The notes below the pieces were generated by a model. It worked only from the letters and a program-made list of their open reading frames with translations, ran no database searches and was not told the DNA's origin. Of a stretch of 64,000 bases of DNA, positions 15,801 to 28,801 are shown piece by piece. The stretch lies in NCBI GenBank assembly GCA_012295275.1, contig CM022671.1:29264001-29328000 (forward strand). The letters are read 5' to 3'. This DNA is from Chrysomallon squamiferum. Lineage: Eukaryota; Animalia; Mollusca. The position numbers and the translations under genes were made by a program. The stretch's first letter is position 1; every line of letters begins with the position of its first letter.

Positions 15801-18800
15801 TATACTTGTTGACTGTGATCCCACAGCACCAAATCTGAAATTTTAGCTCAATCAGACCAGTGGTGTGGGAGATACGGCCCACCGAATTTTGAGATTTTTG
15901 CCAAAAATGGGTGTGACCACCAACCTTAGAACCCTCATATCTCAGGAACTACTGGGCCAATCTTCATAAAATTGGTATTGTTAGAAAGGCAAAATGACAA
16001 GGATTCCAAATCTGCCATTTTTGTTTAGTTTGGAAAATATTGGAGTACCTTGACCTTTTGACCTTTGCTATGACCTTGAAATTGACCGTGTGGATCACGT
16101 GATCTTGAGATGACCTTTATTGAAATTTAATCTCCCACATGTTAACTAAAACATAAAAAAGTTTCCTGGGTGTAATATTTTTTGTTTAGCCACAATATAG
16201 ATTTAAAAAATGTACATACATGAAAATAACACCTTTTCAGCCATTAACATCTGATCCTGAATGATCAATTCTGGATGCTAGGGATCACCATCTTTCTTGA
16301 TCATCGAGTAAGACATTGTAGGCCTACATGTATGCATAAAGTTCACATAAATTTGAGAGAACTAGGTGTTTCTGATGCTTAACCTTCTCACCATGTTTGT
16401 TTCAAATGCTCACTGTATCCTTCATTCCCAGACACATTCTACTGTTCTCATCACTTTCATAAAATTGGATTATTTCCTCCTTCAATTCATTGTCCTTTCA
16501 ATGGTAAAGGGTGACAAAATCAAGATTTGCACACGCTCAGGGTAGGATTCAGACATTAAGATGTCATTTTAATGTTACTGTAGCTGATGCTAGTCTTTTT
16601 CTGTCCTTTCATTCATTCACTGGAATGTGCTAGAGAATGGAGTTTGACAGGAGTTTTGCCTAAACTCGACAGAATAGAATTCAAATCAAAGTCCTGTCTG
16701 GGGAAACAACAACCAGCGGTTTGTCTGGCAAGTTATCACCAAATTCTCCCATTGTAATACCACCCATACCAAAGCCATCCTCTGCAGGACCTTTGATTTC
16801 TGAAGGGTAATCAGACAGTCACAGCACAACTTGTCTCCTGGCACTAGTGTCTTTGGAGGATTTACTAAGCATTTGTAAGTGCCCATGCTAACAATTCTTG
16901 CTCAGGGTGGCGATTAAGGGGATCACAGCAGTTTTTCTGCAATGTTGAAAATTTGATGAAAAGTTCTTGTTCATGATACTCTTGATGTCCCGTGTTTTGA
17001 TCCCACTTCAAAGAGTGAGGAGTTTGACTTCCTCAGTTTTCCAACTCCTTTTTAATATGATGGTGTTGATAACACACATTTTCAGGAGAGTTAAAGCTGC
17101 AGTTAGCCCTGGAAGAAATAAGGATTTTCAGTATTGGCCTGCACCTTCAATTCAATAGAACAAAGTCAGTGCTTTCCTAAATATTAAATCAAATTCTGAA
17201 ACCCTTTCAGTAAAGTTAAGCAGGTCATAAAATGGCAGCAGAGTACATGTGTTATTGCCAAAGGCCCACAAGTCTTGGGCATTTATGTCAATCTTCTCAA
17301 GTATAAATCACAGTTTATTAAGGTGAAGTAGACCTTGTTCATACTCTGTGCCGAAGACTGGGTGTACAAATACATTATGCAGTATATCACCTGATGACGT
17401 CTGATTTCAGACTGGGTTGTACTGTTGTTGACTGAAACCTTGTTCAAAACCAATGGCAAGGCCCACATGACATGATAAAATTACTTAATAGGTTTTATGA
17501 AATAAAAATATTGTTTATATATCAACATCTGACATTGTGTCCAACTTAAAAAGCTTCAGATTGTCGAAGAAATGCAGATGAAGAAACTTCTTTGTCTCAA
17601 ACTTCTAATTGCCATGTGCTCAGTGGGGATTGCACCAGGGAATCTAAAGGAGTTCCTGACCTGCCTGAAGCATCACTTCCTGTTAACCCTTTGAGCCTGA
17701 TTGTTTAGAACATGTCATGCCATTTGGCATCTTTTCATATCCTTCAGACAAGTCAGGTGGGTTTTAACTCCAAAGATGAGTTTTTAGTCTCAGAGAAAAT
17801 GTACATTGTAATGCATTGTATCAATCATCCATGCAGGTATGCATTTTTTTAAATCTCTATTATGGCTAATCAAAAAATATTATACTCAGGAAACTTTTAT
17901 ATGTGAACTTTATGCATATATGTAGGCCTACAATGTCTTACTCAATGATCAAGAGAGATGGTGATCCCTAGCATCCAGAATTGATCATTCAGGTTTTAGT
18001 TAATCAGATGTTAATGGCTGAAAAGGTGTTATTTTCATGTATGTGCATTTGTTAAATCTATATTGTGGCTAAACAAAAAATATTACACCCAGGAAACTTT
18101 TATATGTTTTAGTTAACATGTGGGAGATTAAATATCAATAAAGGTCATCTCAAGATCACGTGATCCACACGGTCAATTTCAAGGTCATAGCAAAGGTCAA
18201 AAGGTCAAGGTACTCCAATATTTTCCAAACTAAACAAAAATGGCAGATTTGGAATCCTTGTCATTTTGCCTTTCTAACAATACCAATTTTATGAAGATTG
18301 GCCCAGTAGTTCCTGAGATATGAGGGTTCTAAGGTTGGTGGTCACACCCATTTTTGGCAAAAATCTCAAAATTCGGTGGGCCGTATCTCCCACACCGCTG
18401 GTCTGATTGAGCTAAAATTTCAGATTTGGTGCTGTGGGATCCCAGTCAACAAGTATACCAAGTTTTATAAAAATCTGAGACGGTCGGGTTTAAACCATTG
18501 GGTGATTTGACACGGAATGACCCTAAATATAAAATCTTGAATTATAATAATGTTAAATATAAAATCTTGAATTATAATAATGTTAAATATAAAAGAAATA
18601 ATAATAAAATTTATGCTGCATCTGTTCCACCTAATTATTTGAGCCGTTATTTTTAGCACTATTTTCAGTTTACTATCAAAAGATAACATGTTGAAAAATT
18701 GTTTTGAAGCATCAATTCAAACAGAGCCCAAATATTTTTTCTTGTAATTTATTCTTAATTAAATTTAATTTTTGTCATATAAAAACCAGCCAGATTATTA

Positions 18801-19255
18801 AAAATGCCAAAGAACATACTCACACAATCCCTGCAAAAAAACCCAACAAAACAAAACAAATTAAAACATTGTGTGTGCCAACCTAATTTTGTTTTGTTTT
18901 AGAATTTAAATTTTATAGAATATAGATAAGAACATTTGATAAAGGAAAATCTCTTCACAAAATATTTTTATTTTATTTATAAATTTATTTTTTGTGCTAT
19001 TGTTTGTTTTCTGTGCTCGTAGAATCATCACAAAACCGTAAGTATCGATTCAGAGTTTGTTCTTGTATTGTGTTGTTGTTGTTTTTATGTATTTTAGGTT
19101 TTAAATGTGTTTAGGTTGGTGTTATTTATGCATAACCTCTTTTTTGAATTTTGTTGATATTTGTGAATTGTTGTTTTAATGGAAGATTTTCAGTTTTCAT
19201 TCAAAAATAGAAAGTGGTGGATTAACATCTGGGGTTAATTACTGGTTCTAGGTCA

Positions 19256-19318
<63 letters not shown>

Positions 19319-19633
19319 AGGTACTGAACCATTTAACCTGCAAGCTTGGGATCTAAAGTGAATTTGTTAACCCACTGAATAAAATAAATCAAAATTGTTA
19401 CAAATAATTTAAAAAACACATGGTACTATTTAAGTACATTTAATTCTAAATGCATATATACCAACTGTATAACACATTTCAAATGATCATTATTAAATAT
19501 TAAGATACATACTTTCAAATTTAATGTTGAAAGGTTTTTATACCATTAAAATTGAGAAAACACTTTGATTGCTGCTTGCTAAAGTATGAAATAGTTTAAC
19601 AATGTCCAGAATGTACAGATGAGGATAAGTTTT

Positions 19634-19672
<39 letters not shown>

Positions 19673-21750
19673 TAAGAAATTAGCTTTTCTAAGTGTTCAT
19701 TAGTAGCACAAATAGTGGTGATAGTAATACTAAAACAATAATAATAATAGTAACAACAACAACAAGAACAGCAATAATAAAACAATAATTATATGCAATG
19801 GTAGAAAAGGTACCATATTGCTAATCCTGTTTCTTATATTTGTAAATCATGTCATTGGTAAAGCATTCTGCACTTGTATTCTTGATTGTTCCTGCTTCGT
19901 TAATATGCAAATAGCATTTTGACTTATTTTTACTGACATTTTTGTTATTTGTTTCTTAAAATTTTGGTTCATGTGAAGTATTGTTGTTTTAGACAGATAT
20001 GTATTTTTTGTTTTGTTTTGTTTTATTTGTCTGATTAATTAAATAGTATTTTAGAAATGGTTGTCACAAATAATATATGTATGTATGCACGCAAGCACGC
20101 ACACACACACACTATATTTATTTATTTATTTATTTATTATTCAAAACGAGGTAGATTACTTTTATTTAATATACCTTTATTATGTAGTGATTTAATTTCT
20201 GTATAGTTTCATTTCTTCTTCAATTACAGTTTCATATGGCAAATACTACATAATTTATATTTTGTACTGGATCTTATTAAGAAAAAATTATTTTATTTTA
20301 TTTTATTTTAATTTATTTTTTTATTTTTTATTTTATTTTATTTTATTTTATTTTATTTTATTTTATTTTATTTTATTTTATTTTATTTTATTTCATTATG
20401 TTAAGGAAAATATTTACAAAAATTTTGAAAATGAATATTTTTATGCATGTCTTGTGAATAATTAATTCCAGGACTTAATACCACAAAAACTTCCCACCCA
20501 AATCCACAATATTAATAACAATAAAACAAAACAGAATTTAAAAAATGAATAATTTTGTTGCTTCAGAGTTAAGTATTTTTAAACAGATGTAGTCATGTTG
20601 CTAGTACAGGTATTGGACCAATTACCCAGACTTCTTGGGACTCGAGGCATTCCAGATTTCTGGATTTTCCGCTGTGGCGACTTGACACATAAACAGTGCG
20701 GCCAGTGAATGAATGCCACATGGCTTGAAAGAGTAGTTCAGGTCTGGTGACGAAAACAACTGTGCACGCAAACTATGAAAATAGTGTCAGGAAAAAACTT
20801 CCAGTTTTCTGGTCTTTCCAGATTTCAGGATGCCGGATAATTGGTCTGCTACCTGTACTACAAAATTTTTGATGTTCTGTCAATTTTGTTTTATTTGTTT
20901 TATAGTGCTAAGTCCTGCCTGATGTTTACAGTATTGAGTGGTGTTTAATTAATGGACCAGCTGTTGTTTTGTTCAGTTTATATGTGTATAGATAACTAGA
21001 AAATTATGTGCATTAAAAAAAAAAAAAAAAAAATTATTTTAAAATCTGCATGCTATTTTCTCTTTGTTTTTGGTTTTCACCTTAAACGATAAAAAAATGT
21101 GCATTACTATTTCACAAAATTTATGTAGTGAAATTTGCATGAATTCTTGTCTTTGGTTTCTTATTGCATTGTTTGATAACATCTTTTGTGGATATAACTT
21201 ACTTTTATTAACAGTATAATTATCACTTTAATGTGTATATTAATTTAGCTACAGTTTGAAAAAAATAAATAATACTAACAATAAAAAATAAAAAAAAATA
21301 AAAAATAAAATTACAAATACGTAAAACAAGAATTTTTTTATATAGCAATCATTTTTTTAGGAAGAGTTTAAGAATTTTATATAAGAATTTGTTAATCCAT
21401 TAACATTTGAATTCATCAGGCAGGTCTTAAAACTCATTGTTTTTATGATTTGCATAAAGTTCCTAGCTTTATATATATCGCATGGCTTCTCATTGATGTT
21501 TATTTTTTTTTCCTAAAGCGAGGAAGGGGCTGAATCACTTGATCCAGATGATGCGTAAGTGTTGCTCACTAGGGATCCACTTTTCTTGTATTATTATCTA
21601 ATATTGGCAGTAGTACAGATGAAGGAAGTGTGAGGCAGCAGATGAGAGAAAAAGAGAGACAGACAGTCAGACAGACAGACAATGAGAAAAAAAACGAACG
21701 AACCAGAGACAGAAACCAAATAAATGAGAGAGAGAGAGAGAGAGAAACAA

Positions 21751-21817
<67 letters not shown>

Positions 21818-23525
21818 GCACAGACAGAGAAGTGAGAGGGACAAGACTAAGAGATGATAAGTGTGAGAGGGAAAGAAAAAGAGAGACAGAGACAGAAAAA
21901 CAGAAACCAAAGTGAATGAGTGATATGTTTGTCTGGATTTATGCTTTATATATAAGATATTCTCATAAATGAGTATGAATGTGTAATTACAAACTATTCC
22001 CAAAACATTTAATGACAGATCAATTACATTTCAAAATACTGACACTCTATCATACCTCATATAAAATTATTTTTAATGACACCTTCCAAATATTCCTCTT
22101 TGTTTTGATAAAGTGTTATCTCTGTCATACTGAAATGAAAGTATTTAAAAGATAGATTATGTCATGCTTATTTCATATTCATTGTAAAACGAGATAAAAA
22201 CAAACTTCATTATTGAATACTGAAACACTAACAGTCTCACAATTGACTTCTCTGTGCATATGTATTGCTTCAGCTGATGTAAAACACAGTGACCTAACAT
22301 CTTCTTTGGTGTATCATTTCATATTTCCATCAGTCCAGTTCAGTGTTTCTTTGTCATCTTCCATTATAGTCAGAATCTGTGGCAACATTCATCTCAGTAA
22401 TGAAGAAGTTAATAATAATTATAATAATAACAGTAATTATTTAAGAGAATATTGTTAAGTTACTGAATGGTTTTGGCTATGCATCTTTTCTCATTCATTT
22501 TAACAACACACAGAAACACATATATCAAGAAATCACACACCCACCCACCCAAACACACACACACACCCACACACACACACACCAATACAAACACATATCT
22601 TTTCTGTTTCTCTTTTCTTCTTTTATAAAATTATATTTACATTTGCACCTTTCTTTGAATTATTCAATGTATGCTTTCCAAGATGCTTTAGCTTACATAC
22701 TATGGTATCACACACACTGTATGAAATATGTGTACTCTACACCTGCATAAATATGCATTTGTGCTTTCACTATTCCTGTCTAACTATAAAAAGAATTTGT
22801 AAATATACTACTTCCTCACAATTAAGACACAGTTATTTGTATAGTTGTCCATCAGATTTATCTTTTTAAATATATGTAATAATAATAATAATAGTAATAA
22901 TAATAGTTATTATTAATAATGAATTACAGTATTTACTTCCAACTATAATGAAGATATTAAAATGATTATATCTGACTGAGAAATGGGAATTAAATACAGA
23001 TGTTAGTATTTCCATCTTTGATGCAGCATATTATTTTAATACTTATATCTAAATAACAATCTAATGACAGTAGTTAATTTTAAAGAAACCATTAATTTTC
23101 TTCACATTTTTCCCTTTAATGATCTTTATACACATAATTTGTTTTGTATGTTTTACTTTGATAAGTTTTCTTAGGTTTATCTTTTAAACATTATATTTAA
23201 TCTATTATCTACAGATTATTGCTGTGTATAAAACCTTCAAAAAAACATTTATTCTTTATTTTACACACTTCCATTTTTATCTTTTTGAACTGAACTTATT
23301 AACAAATACAGTTTCACAATAATTTGAAAATAAGCTATGTTACAAACACATTTTCATGAAAATTCAGTAATTGTAATTTAGTCTATATTTTTTTTTACAT
23401 TATTGTATTTATTATTGTTAACCTATCATCATTATTATAATAAGTAACAATTAAAATAAATGATTATATCTGCACTATGTAAATAAATAAATAATAGTAA
23501 AAAATTTAAAAATTAATTGAAGTGG

Positions 23526-23567
<42 letters not shown>

Positions 23568-23777
23568 CAACATAATTTCTTTAAAAATAAATTTTCTTTA
23601 GCATGTATAATATTTTAATATTTATTTAAATTACTTCTTTTTGTTTGGTTGCCTTTTATATTTTGATTAATGTTTTTGTTTATATATCTTCAACATATGG
23701 CCAGTATTTTATGACACAGCCTATGTTAAAGTCATTTGGTTTATCCATTTTTAAATCATTTTATTTATTTATTTATT

Positions 23778-23819
<42 letters not shown>

Positions 23820-24286
23820 TTTAATATTTATATAATTTGTTTCTTTGTAATTAATTTTTTTTTTTTTTTTTTTTTTATACATTTAGTTAAATGTAATTAT
23901 TAATGAAATAAATCCTGGAGTTAGTTTAATTTAATGAATAATTATATAATTATGCAAATCTTTGTTAAGTAATGGTGTGAGATATGTTTCTATTTTGGTT
24001 TTTGTGTTTGTGTTTTACAGAATGTCGTCATACAGAGGGGAGGAGGTGCTAGTGTACGGACCAATCAATCGTGAACCAGAGGAAAAAGTGACTGGCAGAA
24101 AAGAGGGCGGAGTTAGGAAATTGTAAGTATTGTTCTTAAACCTGCTGTTAGGTAAAAGAACATTTTGATTAATGAATTTAGAGAATTCTTATGTGTAAGT
24201 ATTTGTATAGTTATTTATAGTATTAACATACGTTTGTGTGTATGTGTGTCTCATTCTCTTTATTCTCATACTCTATATATCTATAT

Positions 24287-24351
<65 letters not shown>

Positions 24352-26383
24352 AAATATTAGACTGCAAACATTGTAAACATACAAACCTAGATGTTATATC
24401 TTTCACTGTAGTTGTTTCACAATCATTCATTTTCGTCTTTTCACATAATTATTTGTAGTAGATAAATTTAACCCCTAATTTCAAGAATTAATATACTGAT
24501 ATTTTAATTATTAATGTGTCAGTTTTAAAAATAAAAGAAAAAAGAAAAAGAAAGATAGCCAACAGTAACTATGACTTAAAGTACATGTAGTTTGTTCAGA
24601 ACAGTTTCTGAAGAAAATTCTCCACTTTAATGGTACCTGTATTCAGCTTCTTTTTGAAACTCAAATTAAAATATAATTTCAAAGGATCAAATATTCATCT
24701 TGGTTTTTTTTAAATATGAGAAAAAAAATGAATAAAACCTGAACAAAACAAAAACAACCCCCCCAAAAAAACAAGTCTTTTTATATTGTAATTTAGAACT
24801 CATGCAATACTGACACATTTCATTGTTTTTTTTGTGCTTTGAAGTTTGCAGTAAAACTAAAATAACACCAATTGTACATGCTTGTTTATTTTTTTTTTTT
24901 CAAACAGTAATTTTTTATATGGTTCCATCTGTATGTGTATTTTGCATGAGCAGAGAGAAGTGTGCTGAAAACTGACAGAAAAAACAACAACATTAAATTA
25001 ACATTCACTTAGAATGGCCTAAAACACGTTCATACACTAACTGTCTATTTATCAAATCATTTAAAGTAAATATAATTTCATCCTTGCACATTTAACATGT
25101 CTGTTTGTAGACTGCCAGTTTGATGTGTAGTTTTTATCATTAGCAAAAGTAAAGTTACAAAGATTTTAAGTCCAGGTAGTTAATCTTATAAAATAGCTAA
25201 GCAATAAACAAAACAAAACAGTTACACAAATTGTCTGACACAAGGGTTATGCCAAATGATAAAAAATGGGTTACTCCTACAGAAAATAAAAGGATTACTC
25301 CCACTGTTTGGAATAAGAATCAAGTTCTTTTGTTTGCATTAAGTGCTTGTTTTTTGTTTTTTTTGTTAACTGTAGGAAAATGAATTTTAGGAATAGCTGT
25401 ATTTTTTGTGAAGAGAGAATTCTGTGTTTTCATTTTATTTGACTAAGCAGCAGAACTATTTCTGTTTTATTAGACAAATCTTTTGTCTGTGACAAACATC
25501 ACATTATTCACAAATAAAATTATTATAGTTATCTTTCATTTATCTTACTTTGTAAAATACATTCTTTTGTTTCTGGTATCAAAGCAGTAAATTTTACCAT
25601 AACTTTTTTTTTTTTTTTTTTTTTTTGTATATCCAAAAATGTAATTGAATATTTTCTTAAAATACAGTTGTAAATGATTTTTATTAAAAGAAAAATTAAT
25701 TTTTATAGCATTTTATAAAGTATTACATAAATCTGTTTCGGTAACAGTTTAATTTTGGATGTTTTTGTTAGGGTTTTTTATCACCATTTTATCTTTTTCC
25801 TCACACTTCCAACATACTTGGTTAACATTTCTGCTTTGAAAAGTGTGGATTTAATTTCACCAAGAAGAAACGTTGAACTAATCTTAAATATTTAATGAAG
25901 TCATTTGTTTCTTTATCAGTAAAATCAATAAGAACTGTTTTAGTTCATAATATATATTTTTTATGTCATTATTACTATTATTTTTTTTTTTTTTTTTTTT
26001 TTAATTCCTTTTCTACATAAAGTATCCTAAAACAACTAATTTGTATGCTATTTTTAAAAATTAATAACATTCTGTATTGTCTTACTAAAGCATGTTTTAT
26101 GTCTGGTTCTTTGTATTAAGAAATGGTTATGGATTTATTAACTGTATTCCCATCTCTATATGCTTCATTCAGAATTTCATTTGTTACTTCAGTGATCTGT
26201 AATTTAGTTAGTAGCAGCTTTCATTTCGTGCTTCAGTGATGTAGTATGTATTTACAGACAAATATGGTTTTCTGGTATCTTTCTTTTTCTGTGTATCAGT
26301 AATTCCAAAAAATAAAATGAATAAAAAAATAAGAAAAGTAAAATAAATAAATAAATAAATAAAATGTTTTAAAAAAAAAATAC

Positions 26384-26422
<39 letters not shown>

Positions 26423-27028
26423 TTGAAAAAATTATAATAAAAAATATTATTATTATTATTATTATTGTTATTGTTGTCATCATCATCCAGACATATTTAA
26501 TTTTAATCCACATTTAAAGTTTCAAGAATCTGATCATGGTTTGGTTGTCAAAACATGTTTTGGTAATATTGTATGCCACATTCCTGTAAAATTGTTATTT
26601 TATAAAAGAATATAAGAAAAGAAAAGAATTCTGTTATGACCTGTATTTATTTTAATAATGGTATTTTAAACTATAAAATGTAAGGATATAATTATACTAT
26701 TCTACGGTCATGAAAGATATTTTAAGGTACTGACAACTTTACTACAGTTAATTACTATAAATACATCTATTATTATTATTATAATTATTATTTTTCTTTC
26801 AAAATTACTACTACTACAACCACACTTAATTGCTATATATTTTATAATTACTACACACACACACATACAGCTATATATATATACATATGTAGTAATTAAC
26901 TATAGTAGTTGTAGTAGTAGTAGCAATAGATGTAGTAACAACAATAGATGTAGAAATAGATATTTACAGTTACTATTTCTACAGTTATTCTTGTTACCAC
27001 TTCTATTACTACTAGTACTACTACTACA

Positions 27029-27062
<34 letters not shown>

Positions 27063-27554
27063 TACCACTATTATTACCGATCTACAAGGACTAACACTAA
27101 TGCTACAACAACAGCAACCATTGTCATTATCATAACAACCAGTGAAATTTCCAAAATCTCTATTGTGTCTTTGTAAACTGGACTGACTGTTTTTCTGTTT
27201 TAGTTTTCAGCAGTTACTGGATAACATTAATCTACCACAACTGGACTTGTAATGTTAGGTAGGCCAGGTTATCAGGTGTCTTGGTGTTTTCTAGTGCTGC
27301 TTGTTACCTAGTGGAATTGCTTTTATACATGTCTCCTTATTTTGATAAAGTAATCAGCAGTGTGTGTATGACCCAGTAAATCTCTCATCTTCTGTTTTAC
27401 TTTTCAGTTCATTATTGTCGTGTGTTTTTTTGTAGTATGTTTGAGTTTAAATGCAAATATATTAAATTAAATGTAAGAAGGAAATTGAGAACTGACAGAC
27501 TATTTGAATTTTTAAAAACTGCAGAATTAATATAATACATACATACATAAATAC

Positions 27555-27604
<50 letters not shown>

Positions 27605-28760
27605 GTACATACATATGTTTGTACATTGTGTATCAGTATTTTGTGTGTTTTAAAAAATATTGTCAAACAATGAAAAAAAAGAAATAAAAGAAGAATTTAT
27701 ATTTTTTTATCATCTAATTTTTTACCCCATTTCATAAACTGTAATATAAATACATATGTGAATAAGTAAGTGAAAATTATATATTTTTTTAGTTATTTTT
27801 ATATAAATATATACATACATATATATATATATATATAATTAAAAAATGATAATAGTATATAACAAAATTTAGAATGTGAGTTTCGTTCACAATTTATAGA
27901 AATTTTTTCTGTCAGAGTTTCTGTTTGAAATAAGGATTCATAAAGCTTTTCTACTGAAATTAGTTGAAGAGTTTTATAGGAAAACATTTTGAGTTGGAAC
28001 ATGATGCATCATGCTGCATGCATTCACTTTTTCATTACAATTTTCAGAATCACATTATTATTAAGGGTTGTTTGTTATTTAAGGATTTTATTAACGATTT
28101 TATTTACTGTTATTCACTAATAAATTTATAATATACTTGTTCACTTGGTTTGTTTATTTGTTTGTTTTTACTAATTTCTTTAAAATTATCCAGAATTAGC
28201 TTAGATCGGTTTCCATAAGATGCTTTCTAAATATGTTTGTTTAATTTAATTTCAATGTGCACTGCCAGAAGTATTTTTCATTTTTTTCTTATTTTTTTAT
28301 AGTTTTGACAAAGCATGCTCACATGTTGTACATCCATTTGTTTGCCCAAAGTTATTGTAAAAAATATTATTTATGTAAATCTAAGGTTTGCTCATATATA
28401 CTATACTGTTTATAATGAACAAAACTTTTATTATACTTTTGTAAATCTGTAATGATTTTTCTTTCTCTTGTTTGTGCTGTATTGTATTAATAAATTAGAT
28501 AATATACTGTTTTCTGTATTAAAATATAGATTTATAGGAATCCAATTTTTTTCCTTATTGTGAATTTCAAAAAAAACTGTTAAGTGGGGTTTTTTAGTCA
28601 GTTTTATTAAGTGTTTCATAGATGATGCTAGTAATTTTATCTTTAACAAAAAACATATATTTTAAGCAGGAGAAAGTGTATTGTACAAAATTAGAATCAT
28701 TTTTCACTTTCTCATACACACATGCATACACACTCTTTCACTCTCTTTCTCTCTCTCTCT

Positions 28761-28801
<41 letters not shown>

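Noticed and set aside
16400-17830. Intact transposase inside the long-TIR element
   Set aside because: Only ~60-aa fragments between frequent stops; no catalytic motif could be recognised.
20906-20948. Extra RILP-like exon after tttatag (AKSCLMFTVLSGV*)
   Set aside because: Plausible acceptor but no good donor and no recognisable homology; insufficient support.
22274-22310. Possible exon after ttgcttcag
   Set aside because: In the required phase 2 it reads an immediate TGA, and there is no convincing donor.
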